Origin: an uncultured bacterium | GTDB taxonomy: Bacteria; AUK180 | Direction: 5' to 3' | Assembly: GCA_937863565.1 (NCBI GenBank) | Contig: CALMGJ010000010.1 | Coordinates: 3,431-67,430, forward strand | Length of the DNA stretch: 64,000 nt | Shown: one piece after another, positions 27,964 to 37,257 of the stretch | Layout: each line of letters opens with the position of its first letter | How positions within the stretch are numbered: position 1 is the stretch's first letter | The notes under the pieces: generated by a model | The model's input: only the letters and a program-made list of their open reading frames with translations | Database searches by the model: none | Told to the model about the DNA's origin: nothing | Position numbers and translations under genes: made by a program

Positions 27964-29847
27964 TTTCTCGATTCTTGAAGAACCGTATATATCCGTTATT
28001 GAAATGAAATATACGCCTGCAGCCACATTCTTTCCGTCGGGATTTTTAAGATCCCAGCAGAAATAATACAGATCGGTCAATTCATCATAATCGGGATCCG
28101 GAATAAAAGAGATAACAAGGGTTCCGTCCGATGAAAATACTTTTACTTCCGAAGCGGTGAAGGAAGCTCCGATGCTCACACCTCCGGGTCCCGGCCGGAC
28201 GGGATTCGGAAAAAGACGGGAAACGGCGATATCGGCCACGGAGCTGTGGAATGGCGAACGATTGCCGCAGTCATCGACCGCAAAGGCGTACAGGCGATCG
28301 AAGTAGAAGGTATCGGTCTGAAAATATCCTTCGGCAGAATCTGCGATGAAAACACCTTCACTGAACACAGAACCGGAGTCGGGCAGGGGATCGATGCTGC
28401 CGTATAGAAGATATCCCTCGGCCTCGCCCGTATCGCCGTCATCCCCGCTCCCGGAAAAATATATTCGGAAGTCGGAGCCCTCCCGTTCGACTCTTTTTAT
28501 TACAGGAGAAGACGGCGGATAAAAATCTGCCGCCCCGATCAGTCCTCCGAGAGAATGCGTCACCATGCCTTCATATACCAGAATAGTACCGAAATAGATA
28601 TTAGAGGTCTGAGGACTGGCTGTAATCGCGTTAATGATCGCAGGGTTGTAGTAGAAGTCCGTGATCCTGTAATCGGGGACACAGGTGTTCTCCAATAAAG
28701 ACCCCCCGCTGTCGGGGAGGGTTATCTTGAAAATCTTCCCGTGGCCGAAACGGTCATATGAAGACGTGTTCTTGGGATCGACCACTGCATTCGTCGAGCC
28801 GTAGATCTCGCCGTTCAAAATCACAAGGTCGGTTACGGAATAAGCTGTTGTATCGCCGTTGGCAGGTCCCAGAAGAGAGGACATCTCAGGCCAGTTCGAA
28901 TCATAGTAAAAGATCTGCCCTCCGAACTGCGTGGATGAGGAAAGTGTCCCGCATACGATGACTCCGGGATAACTGGAGTGGAACGAACACATTGCCGAAA
29001 TGCCGGTGAAAGCCCCGTCGTCCCCTGCGAAGAAAAAGGAGGATGGTTGAAATTCTTCCGTAAGAACGCCGTTCTGATCGAGTTTCATGATTCTTGCGAA
29101 GTTCCCGGTGCCTTTTATCGTTAAAGTCCCGAAGAACATATCGATGCCGTTGTTCGTCCCGGAAATGAACCGGTAGTCCCTGCTCCCGGTTGCGGTGTCT
29201 ACGCTTATTGTCATCGTGTCTATGAAAGACATCGTATCCGGATCGAATACTTCCACTTTCCCGTATCCGGAATAATTTGAAGTGAGAATGAAAATGAGCG
29301 GATTCTTTCCGCTTCTCGGAGGGCCCTCGATGAATCCGTCGACATATTTCATGGCATTAGGACTATCCGCGACCTTCCAGAAGTCGGGATAATATTCGGC
29401 CATCTCGGAATACTTCGTATAGAAGATCCCGTAAGAAAGGGTACTGTCAGCCGCTACCGGACCGTCCGCGGCAAAGACTACAGTATCCGGCACGGTGCCG
29501 TTTTTTAAGATACTGATACCCTTGACATTCTTGAACCCTGAATACTTTGTCGGTACTTCCGCCATCAGCCGGGGATAACCGTCTAGGGACGAGCTCGGAT
29601 TATAAGCACTCCATCCGACAGGGTTGAAATAGAACAGGATGCCTCTTCCTTCGGTGCCGATACCGCCGGTGCCGCCGAAGATCTTCCCGTCCGAGGAAGT
29701 TACAAGACAGTGTATGGAATATTCGTTGAAAAAGGGGTACAAGGGCTGATCGTATCCGTTGTAGTATGTCAGGTAGCGCGCACTCGCGGCGAATCCCGGA
29801 ACGAATGCGGCGCAAAGAACTGCAATGAGGCAGAGCCTAATCTTCAT
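27946..29847 (-). CDS. Secreted beta-rich (propeller-like) protein with FlgD-Ig/T9SS-like C-terminal domain
   Basis: Signal peptide; repeated I(F/Y)xGT blades; C-terminal FPNPVRP...WDLKNPDGKNVAAGVYF...KLAVIK. Confidence 0.7.
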   Translation of the reverse strand: MKIRLCLIAVLCAAFVPGFAASARYLTYYNGYDQPLYPFFNEYSIHCLVTSSDGKIFGGTGGIGTEGRGILFYFNPVGWSAYNPSSSLDGYPRLMAEVPTKYSGFKNVKGISILKNGTVPDTVVFAADGPVAADSTLSYGIFYTKYSEMAEYYPDFWKVADSPNAMKYVDGFIEGPPRSGKNPLIFILTSNYSGYGKVEVFDPDTMSFIDTMTISVDTATGSRDYRFISGTNNGIDMFFGTLTIKGTGNFARIMKLDQNGVLTEEFQPSSFFFAGDDGAFTGISAMCSFHSSYPGVIVCGTLSSSTQFGGQIFYYDSNWPEMSSLLGPANGDTTAYSVTDLVILNGEIYGSTNAVVDPKNTSSYDRFGHGKIFKITLPDSGGSLLENTCVPDYRITDFYYNPAIINAITASPQTSNIYFGTILVYEGMVTHSLGGLIGAADFYPPSSPVIKRVEREGSDFRIYFSGSGDDGDTGEAEGYLLYGSIDPLPDSGSVFSEGVFIADSAEGYFQTDTFYFDRLYAFAVDDCGNRSPFHSSVADIAVSRLFPNPVRPGPGGVSIGASFTASEVKVFSSDGTLVISFIPDPDYDELTDLYYFCWDLKNPDGKNVAAGVYFISITDIYGSSRIEKLAVIK

Positions 29848-31831
29848 ATAACGAGGAGATCCTATCTATGAAGACGGTCCAGTTGTCAAGGAGTATTTCA
29901 ATAAAAGTCGGATCATAATGCTTTCCCATCCCTGCTGACAGTTCGCGTCTCAGTTTTTCCGTATCCCCTTTATCCTTATAGTGCCTTTCCGCCATAATGC
30001 CGTCGATGCTGTCGGCGATGGCAAGGATGCGCACGTGAACGGGAATGCTTTCACCAGCTAATCCGTTCGGATAACCGCTGCCGTCCCATCGTTCATGATG
30101 GAGATGCACTCCCTCTTTAATTATGTCAGAGAAATGATAGTTCCTGATAAGCTCGTATCCGATCGTCGAATGCTTCTTCATCATGTCGTGCTCGGTCTGT
30201 GTGAATATCTTCTTGCTCTTCACAAGTTCGTCTGCGATACCTACTTTACCCAAGTCGTGAAGGAGTGCGGAGATCTTTATCTCGAGAGGATCGATCCTCA
30301 GGGAGAACAGCTCAGAAAGGACATTGGCTATATCGGCTACGCGTTTGGAGTGTTCGATGATATCCATATCCTTATAGCTCAGAAGGGTCATCAGAAGTTT
30401 AAGCGTTTCGTCGATCACATTGTGAAGATTATCAAGAAGGACAACGGTGGTCTCCTTGGCGATGATCTCCTTTTTTAAAAGGTCTATGAAATTGAAGAAG
30501 TTAAGTTCGGGGGAGAAAAGTTCATTCCAGCGGAAGACCATGATAAATTTCAATACGCCTTCATAGGAGATCCCGGTGGAGAACAGTGAAACGGTCTCTT
30601 CCTTAACGTCGGAAAGGAATTTATATTCCGAAGCGGAAAATGATGAAGCCATATCAAGAACGAAAAAATCCTGAGTCATAAGAAGCTGAACGGCGGAAGC
30701 GGATCCGGATACTGCTACATTTTCTTTCTTGTAAAGCCCTTCGGCCACCTCTTTCACAAAATCGCCTTTTTCGTTCACCTTATAGAATTCGAAAGAACTG
30801 AGCTTGTATGTTTCATATATCTCATTGCTGAACGCCCTTAGAAGATCGAGCGTTTTCTTTTCGGAATCCAGGGATTCAAGGCTGATCCTGTATAGAAGAT
30901 CGAGCTGCATGTTCTTCATCCGTACGGATTTCTGCGTGATATACTGAAATATTAGCCTCTTCAGGACTTCAAGGAAAATATTCTTCCTCGCAAAATCGAT
31001 CAGGCTGTTGAAATCGCGGCTGTCCTCGAGCATAATGTATGCATGATAATTCTCGACCTCAACGGAGATGATCGTCTCTCTGTCGTCTATGGACAGTGTA
31101 ATGTTCCGGTCAGGATAATTCGGAGGGTCATTGAATTCCTTCCCAAGTTTGAGAAAACTTATACCGCCCTTTCTTATATGCATGGACACGGGGGTCCTGA
31201 ACGATCTTTTCAAGACCTCGGCAAGCGTTTCGAATAATTGCCTGTCGCTTTCCATACCGATATTCAGCATTGAAAGGAGATCTATCACGATCGAATAGAA
31301 CCTATAGTTATCTATATGTTCTCTGTCCTGCTCGCGGATATGGAAGAAAAGGGAAGTGATCATCGAAATGAGAAGGAGTTTATTGAAGTCGGCATCATCG
31401 AATGTCCCGTTCTTTTTATTGGAAACATCAAAGATACCTATAGGTGCCCCGCCTCTGGTTATCGGGCACATAAGAAGGTCCCTGATCCTGTTCTCAAGAG
31501 GGCTCTTGCTCACGAAATAGGGGCTGGATTTCAGGTCGTTCTCCTTGACGGGAACATTGTTCTTGAAAGAAAACCCGATGACGCCCTCTCCCGAATTATA
31601 AGCTTCGGGCTTCATCTCGTCAGAAGTGAAGCCCCAGTATTTGAAGGGCTTCAGGACCTCATCCCTCTCATTCCAAAGCCATATTATTATATTCTCGCAG
31701 TCGATATTGGAATAAGTGAAATTCCCGATCTCATAAAAGATCTTGTCCATATCGGTGAAAAGAAGGGCTTTCTTGAATAGTTCAAGAAGGTCCTTAAGGA
31801 AGATCTCGTAATCTCGTTCTTTTCCGGACAA
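29837..31831 (-). CDS. GAF + HD-GYP cyclic-dinucleotide phosphodiesterase
   Basis: N-terminal GAF (GEGVIG, NKKNGTFDDAD); HSKRVA, LLHDLGK, HHERWDGSGYPNGL, IADSID. Confidence 0.88.
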   Translation of the reverse strand: MSGKERDYEIFLKDLLELFKKALLFTDMDKIFYEIGNFTYSNIDCENIIIWLWNERDEVLKPFKYWGFTSDEMKPEAYNSGEGVIGFSFKNNVPVKENDLKSSPYFVSKSPLENRIRDLLMCPITRGGAPIGIFDVSNKKNGTFDDADFNKLLLISMITSLFFHIREQDREHIDNYRFYSIVIDLLSMLNIGMESDRQLFETLAEVLKRSFRTPVSMHIRKGGISFLKLGKEFNDPPNYPDRNITLSIDDRETIISVEVENYHAYIMLEDSRDFNSLIDFARKNIFLEVLKRLIFQYITQKSVRMKNMQLDLLYRISLESLDSEKKTLDLLRAFSNEIYETYKLSSFEFYKVNEKGDFVKEVAEGLYKKENVAVSGSASAVQLLMTQDFFVLDMASSFSASEYKFLSDVKEETVSLFSTGISYEGVLKFIMVFRWNELFSPELNFFNFIDLLKKEIIAKETTVVLLDNLHNVIDETLKLLMTLLSYKDMDIIEHSKRVADIANVLSELFSLRIDPLEIKISALLHDLGKVGIADELVKSKKIFTQTEHDMMKKHSTIGYELIRNYHFSDIIKEGVHLHHERWDGSGYPNGLAGESIPVHVRILAIADSIDGIMAERHYKDKGDTEKLRRELSAGMGKHYDPTFIEILLDNWTVFIDRISSLYED

Positions 31832-31836
31832 TCTTT

Positions 31837-32664
31837 TTACCTCTGTTTTGCCGCCTCGATCACTTTATCGATCCTGTCTGCCATTCCGGGAAGGTCCTTT
31901 TTAAGGGCAGTTAATTTTTCCACGCAGTCCTTCTGTCCTGCCTTCTCGAGAAGGTTAAGTACCGAAACGATATAACGGGGATCCGAACTGCTCAGCGTGC
32001 CGAGTTCAGCTTTTGTAATCTCGTAGCCGCGAAGGGGCTCGATCTCAAAGATCGTGTTTATAAGATTGATCTTCAGTGTATAAGAGGAGATATCCTTGGA
32101 TAGCATTTCCTCAAGGGCCGGCACCGCGGAAGGCTCCTTTATTTTTCCGAGAGCGAGAAGCGCGATCGGGAGCCGCGGGTCATTTATCTTGTCGGCGCTG
32201 ACTATTTTTATGATCTCACCCACGCTCTTCTTCGAACCGAGAATTCCCAGGCCGTTCAATGCTTCAAATCCTACTTCGAGCCTTTCGTCATTGATATGCG
32301 ATATAAGGATATCTTCAGCATTCTCTCCGCCGATGGCAGCAAGAGCGCGCACGGAATTGCGGGCCTCTTTGATATTTATCGTCTCGTCCATGGCTTTCTG
32401 TATCATCTCCACGACACCTTTGTCCTTCCACGCCTTCATGATCTCGATAGCGCCGTTAGCCGTATCGTCGTCATGTGAACCGAGAACACTGTACACCCTT
32501 GAAAAGGTCTTTGCGGGTTCGGTCTTGGAAAGCGCGGTCACCGCGGCCGGCCTTTTATCTTTTGAGTATAGATCGGAGATCAGCATATCGATATTGCTGC
32601 CGCAATTCTGCAGGAAGAACACTGCCGTAAGGACGATGGCAAAGAACGTAATGCGTTTTGTCAT
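31837..32664 (-). CDS. HEAT-repeat lipoprotein
   Basis: Lipobox LQNC; HEAT-like helices (ALAAIGG, ALGKIKEPSAVPALEEML). Confidence 0.75.
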   Translation of the reverse strand: MTKRITFFAIVLTAVFFLQNCGSNIDMLISDLYSKDKRPAAVTALSKTEPAKTFSRVYSVLGSHDDDTANGAIEIMKAWKDKGVVEMIQKAMDETINIKEARNSVRALAAIGGENAEDILISHINDERLEVGFEALNGLGILGSKKSVGEIIKIVSADKINDPRLPIALLALGKIKEPSAVPALEEMLSKDISSYTLKINLINTIFEIEPLRGYEITKAELGTLSSSDPRYIVSVLNLLEKAGQKDCVEKLTALKKDLPGMADRIDKVIEAAKQR

Positions 32665-32673
32665 TATCTACTC

Positions 32674-34062
32674 CTATAAAATGATATCGAATGAGAATTT
32701 AAAACCGCCGGTCTCGGTGGCTGCAATATTATTGATGTTCATTCTGTCCTCGACTTCGGTCGAATTATTCACAAGGTCAGGCATACCGTTGAAAGAGATC
32801 TCAAAGGAGATGTTCCTGAACAACCTGATCCCTAATCCGAGAGAATACGCCCAAGAGCAGGAGGATGTTTCCGTAAGCGAACTTTCAATTGTAGTTCCCG
32901 TTTCGTCTTTCAGCGTATAGTCCAGGCCGGCGTATCCTAAAAAACTCCACCGGAGCCCCGCCCGCAGTTTCAGAAATCCGAAAAAGATCCTTTCAAAAGC
33001 GGCGAAAAGGTCGAGATCGCCCGAATGGAGGGCAATGACCGTATTTTCATATGCCGCATTTGAAGTATCATTGTCATAAAAATATTCAAGCCCGTATGAG
33101 GAGAACGAACCGCGGCTACCGATGACGAGCATCCCGTCCGTCACAGGTAATGTGGCCGTGATGAAATACGATGTTCCCGAGATGCCGTTCTCGTAGTCCC
33201 ATGTGCTCTCCGTGGTGGAATATAAGTATTCCCTGGAAATGCCCGCAAAGCTCATCAGTAAACCTGCCCGCCACAATACGGTTCCGGTTTCCGTATAAAC
33301 AGAGAATCCCGGCCCGAATCCGGTCCCGGAGCCTTCCCAGGAATTATTGAAAACGGTCCCGTTCCAACCAAGATCCTCTTTGCCCGAGTATAGATCTATC
33401 GCGCATCTGAGAAGGAGATCGAAACTTCCGATCGACAGGGCCAGCGACGGAATGAAATAAAGTTCTGAGGCCGAATTCTCGGTTCGTTCCTCAGTATCAT
33501 TGCCGGAATCGAGTACGTCTTTATAGATTTCTCCCGTCTTTCCTGTTGAAGAATGAAATCCACATGTCAGGCCGAACGCGATATTCTTAAGGTCGAGCGC
33601 GATCTCAAGCGATGCATTGAGTTCGCTCAGGTCGGCTGTTTTCGTTGTATTGGACATGCTTATGTAATCCGTCAGCAGATCCGAGTAGGAACTTTCCGCA
33701 CTGTAATCGTCCGAAGAGACGAAAAAGGATGAGAAAGCCGCCCCGAAAGTCCATGATCTGAGTTTTTTAGCAAGGATAAAAGAAGGGATGATCTCTGAGG
33801 AAGAGTTGTCCGTTTTCTCGTAGTAAAGGATGCCTCCAAATGCATTTGAATGCCATTTAGCCTCTGATGCTTCGGATGCGAGAATAAAACCGCTCCCAAG
33901 GCTTATAAAAATGTCCCTGTCCAGCAGGATCGGGGAAAGAGTGAAATCGCCTAGAGTGTCCCTGATCTCTCCCGGCTGCAGAAGCATCGAATCGAGCCTT
34001 TCGTTTGAAAATGCGCCAGCCGAAAAAAGTATAATAAGAAAATAGGCAGCGATACTTTTCAT
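32674..34062 (-). CDS. Probable outer-membrane beta-barrel protein
   Basis: Start revised to ATG 34062 (MKSIAAYF), which has SD GAGG and a promoter upstream. Signal peptide, alternating amphipathic strands, C-terminal GGFKFSFDIIL. Confidence 0.65.
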   Translation of the reverse strand: MKSIAAYFLIILFSAGAFSNERLDSMLLQPGEIRDTLGDFTLSPILLDRDIFISLGSGFILASEASEAKWHSNAFGGILYYEKTDNSSSEIIPSFILAKKLRSWTFGAAFSSFFVSSDDYSAESSYSDLLTDYISMSNTTKTADLSELNASLEIALDLKNIAFGLTCGFHSSTGKTGEIYKDVLDSGNDTEERTENSASELYFIPSLALSIGSFDLLLRCAIDLYSGKEDLGWNGTVFNNSWEGSGTGFGPGFSVYTETGTVLWRAGLLMSFAGISREYLYSTTESTWDYENGISGTSYFITATLPVTDGMLVIGSRGSFSSYGLEYFYDNDTSNAAYENTVIALHSGDLDLFAAFERIFFGFLKLRAGLRWSFLGYAGLDYTLKDETGTTIESSLTETSSCSWAYSLGLGIRLFRNISFEISFNGMPDLVNNSTEVEDRMNINNIAATETGGFKFSFDIIL

Positions 34063-34080
34063 ATTGACCTCAATAAATGA

Positions 34081-34109
34081 ATTATAGTGATTTTTCATCT
34101 TTTTTTCAA
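34081..34109 (-). promoter_or_regulatory. sigma70 promoter of the barrel/HEAT/HD-GYP operon
   Basis: Minus strand TTGAAA-N17-TATAAT. Confidence 0.7.
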
Positions 34110-34162
34110 GGATATTCGTTATTCGCCCTTAAAACGAAAGAGCGCTCTAAATGCCCCGCAGT

Positions 34163-37100
34163 TCAGAAAATTCCATTTTCCCGAAGTATTCCTATTTCCT
34201 TGGCAGGGATATGAGCCCCGGAAATCGCAGACGGCCGGATGTCTGCTCTCTGATCGATCACTTTCTCGAATGATGAAGGCTCGGAGACAGGGACCCTACG
34301 CATATCGAAATTGAACACATGTCCCTGTTTCAGTTCAAGAGGAATATCCCGGATATTGTTCCCGTCATTCTCGCCGATGTCCGGAGAGATCCTGAGCAAT
34401 TTTGCATTCTTTTTCAACTTGCTTGTTCCGGCATTGAAATCTATGATGATGTCCGCTTTGGAGATCATTTCCTTAAAAGGCTTCCTTTTAATATAACCGT
34501 CAAAAACAAGATCCCTGCCGTTCTCATTCGCGAAGCTCTTCAGAATAATACAGTTCTTTCCTTTCATCTCCGCCGCCGTTCTTTTATCAATATCCTTTTC
34601 ACAGGTAATGATAAGATCATCAGGTCCGCATGCGGGCAGTTTGTCGGCTTTCCCGAACATGCCCAGGTTTTTTTGTTCCTTGAGCCCTGTGAAGAACACC
34701 TGAGCCCCGCTCCTCTTGGCCGCGGTAAGATGATATCTCATTACGCCGTGCAGAGTGCCGAGATCTTCCTTATAAACGAATATCCTTTTAAAAGACGGTA
34801 TTTTCTCGGCTGTAATGTTCGAGTATCCGGAGATCTCGTCTTTATCCGCGAATGCAATGAAAGCGCTGTTCTCTTCGGCAATGGAGAGCATCTGTTCATA
34901 TTCCTCGAGTGTGAAATTAGGCCCCGGTACGATCAGTTTCACGCCTTCTTCCTTCCAGAAAAATTCGGCGGCTTTCTTGAACACATTAGGGGATTTAATG
35001 CCTTTTTCCATACCCTTCAGATGGTCCGTGCCGAACTTCCCGAGAGCGCAGAGCACTCCCTTAGAATGCAGGGAGTTCTGAAAACCGCGGACAGAATTGA
35101 ATTTACCCTCGGCGAACAGGAGCTCTATCTCGCAGGCCATATCGCAGTTCGCGCAAATACTCTTTTGTGCAATTTTCTCAAAGGGTCCCGGCTGAGCGAG
35201 ATCGGGGATGGAAATGATCGCGCCGACAGGGCAGTATTCTTCGCATTGTCCGCAGGAAACACATTCAGGAGAATCTTTGAATGCCGTTTCAAGGCGCGGC
35301 CCGAGCTGCGTGATAAAACCTCTCTCTATGAATCCGAGAGCATTGACGCCGACTATCTCATCGCACACTCGTACGCATTTCCCGCACAGGATGCATTTAT
35401 TGAAATTGAGTTTGATACGGGGATGGCTTTTATCTTCCGGAAGTTCGGTATGCTCTCCTGCGAATCTCTTTTTATCCACATCATAGAGCGCGGAATACTC
35501 TTTCAACCTGCACTCGAAAACATCCTGGCATCCGCACTGCATGCAGCGCTTCGCTTCCAGAACGGCATCTTTCTCAGAAAGCGTGAATTCGAAATCCTCG
35601 AAATTGCTCTTGCGTGTTGCCGCAGGCAGCAATTTTATTGCGGGAGGCGATTTCTTTTCCACATCCTTGAAATCATCTTCTCCGATCTTTTTAAAATCCT
35701 TTTTCTCGATAAAGAATTCCCTGTCCGCTTTGAGTTCTCTTCCTTTTAAAAGGTCATCGATCTTCTCTGCTGCCGATCTGCCCTGAGCTATCGATTCTAC
35801 GACAGTGGAAGGTCCAAGAACGCAGTCACCTCCTGCGAAGATACCGGTTATGTTCGTTGCCATGACGCCTTCGGCGACCAAGATCCTTCCCTTCCGGTCA
35901 ATGTTCACCCCACAAGAAGCGAAACAGCCGCCGTCGATCTTCTGCCCAATCGCAGTGACAACGGTATCGAAATCGACATCATGCTCGGAACCCTCCTTGG
36001 GCACCGGCGACCTTCTTCCGGATGCATCCGGTTCCCCGAGCTCCATATTGATGATCTTAAGTCCCTTGAGCTGCCCTTCAGAGCTCCGGAGTATCTCGAC
36101 GGGATGACTGAGAAAATCGAAAACGATGCCTTCTTCCTTCGCCTCTTCGATCTCTATTTTATTGGCGGGCATTTCCTCCTCGGTCCTTCTGTAAACGAGG
36201 TGCACTTCTGCGGTGCCGAGTCGGATCAGGGTCCTGGCCACGTCCATAGCCGTATTGCCGCCTCCCACCACGGCGCACTTCTTCCCGATCACAGGTATCT
36301 TTCCCGAAGCTACTGAGCGGAGGAATTCGATGCCCTTGTAATATCCGGTCGCATCCTCACCGGGAATACCCATCAGCATATCGTTCTGAGCGCCTATTCC
36401 TATGAAGAACGCCGAAAAACCTTCACTTTTCAATTTGCCGATATCCGTATCCTTGCCGAAATCGACTCCTGTTATGATCCTTATCCCCATCGATTCAAGT
36501 ATGCCGATCTCCTTTGCAAGAAGATCCTTGGGAAGGCGGTAGGCCGGAATGCCGTATCTAAGCATGCCTCCCGGCTCAGGGAGCTTCTCGAAAACGGTTA
36601 CCTGATAACCTTTCATCCTTAGATAATATGCTGCGGATAATCCCGCCGGTCCGGACCCTATCACCGCGACCTTCTCCTTTCTTTCCTCGGCGATCTCGGG
36701 CGTGTAAATATCCCCGGAATTGATATCGAGTTCCGCGACGAATCTTTTCAGAGGATTTATCAGTATGTTCTTCTCCGTGAAATTGCGGTAGCATTTCTCC
36801 GTGCAGAATTGAGGACAAACGCGGCCCAAGGACACGGGCAGAGCGACTTTCTCCTTGATGAGCTTCAGCGCGTCGCGGAAATTCCCATTGGCTATATGCG
36901 CCATATAACCCTGTATATCTATATGCGCGGGACATGCTCTGTTGCAGGGGGCGAAGCAATCCGCGAAATGGTTCGAGAGCATCAGTTCCAAGGCCATCTT
37001 TCTTGATTCCAGTATTTCGGGGGAGTTCTCCGTTATCTCCATCCCTTCGGCCACTACAGTTGAGCAAGCCGGCATGAATGCCTTGGCGTTCTTGACCGAA

Positions 37101-37255
37101 ACGAGGCAGATCCTGCATGAAGCGAAATGTTCGAGATGTTCGTTCTCGCAAAGAGTGGGGATGAATATCCCGTTCTCCCCGGCAACCTCGAGTATCGTTC
37201 TTCCCTTCTTGACCGTCAGGTCCCTACCATTGAATTTGATGTTGACAGTATCCAT
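34163..37255 (-). CDS. StnC/NfnA-like large subunit: NuoG-type FeS + GltD-type FAD/NADPH domain + eroded molybdopterin-enzyme scaffold
   Basis: IPTLC..SCRICLV..PAC; APCNRACP, GRVCPQFC; IGSGPAG, GGMLRYGIP, VGGGNTAMD, YRRT (NADPH); CILCGKC, CVSCGQC; CANCDMAC...LC. Confidence 0.8.
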   Translation of the reverse strand: MDTVNIKFNGRDLTVKKGRTILEVAGENGIFIPTLCENEHLEHFASCRICLVSVKNAKAFMPACSTVVAEGMEITENSPEILESRKMALELMLSNHFADCFAPCNRACPAHIDIQGYMAHIANGNFRDALKLIKEKVALPVSLGRVCPQFCTEKCYRNFTEKNILINPLKRFVAELDINSGDIYTPEIAEERKEKVAVIGSGPAGLSAAYYLRMKGYQVTVFEKLPEPGGMLRYGIPAYRLPKDLLAKEIGILESMGIRIITGVDFGKDTDIGKLKSEGFSAFFIGIGAQNDMLMGIPGEDATGYYKGIEFLRSVASGKIPVIGKKCAVVGGGNTAMDVARTLIRLGTAEVHLVYRRTEEEMPANKIEIEEAKEEGIVFDFLSHPVEILRSSEGQLKGLKIINMELGEPDASGRRSPVPKEGSEHDVDFDTVVTAIGQKIDGGCFASCGVNIDRKGRILVAEGVMATNITGIFAGGDCVLGPSTVVESIAQGRSAAEKIDDLLKGRELKADREFFIEKKDFKKIGEDDFKDVEKKSPPAIKLLPAATRKSNFEDFEFTLSEKDAVLEAKRCMQCGCQDVFECRLKEYSALYDVDKKRFAGEHTELPEDKSHPRIKLNFNKCILCGKCVRVCDEIVGVNALGFIERGFITQLGPRLETAFKDSPECVSCGQCEEYCPVGAIISIPDLAQPGPFEKIAQKSICANCDMACEIELLFAEGKFNSVRGFQNSLHSKGVLCALGKFGTDHLKGMEKGIKSPNVFKKAAEFFWKEEGVKLIVPGPNFTLEEYEQMLSIAEENSAFIAFADKDEISGYSNITAEKIPSFKRIFVYKEDLGTLHGVMRYHLTAAKRSGAQVFFTGLKEQKNLGMFGKADKLPACGPDDLIITCEKDIDKRTAAEMKGKNCIILKSFANENGRDLVFDGYIKRKPFKEMISKADIIIDFNAGTSKLKKNAKLLRISPDIGENDGNNIRDIPLELKQGHVFNFDMRRVPVSEPSSFEKVIDQRADIRPSAISGAHIPAKEIGILRENGIF

Positions 37256-37257
37256 TT

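Noticed and set aside
34319-35749. Long antisense ORFs (476 aa here; also 2375-3442, 3650-4591, 15059-16168, 40043-40999)
   Set aside because: They shadow well-supported genes, carry no motifs, and are expected from codon bias.
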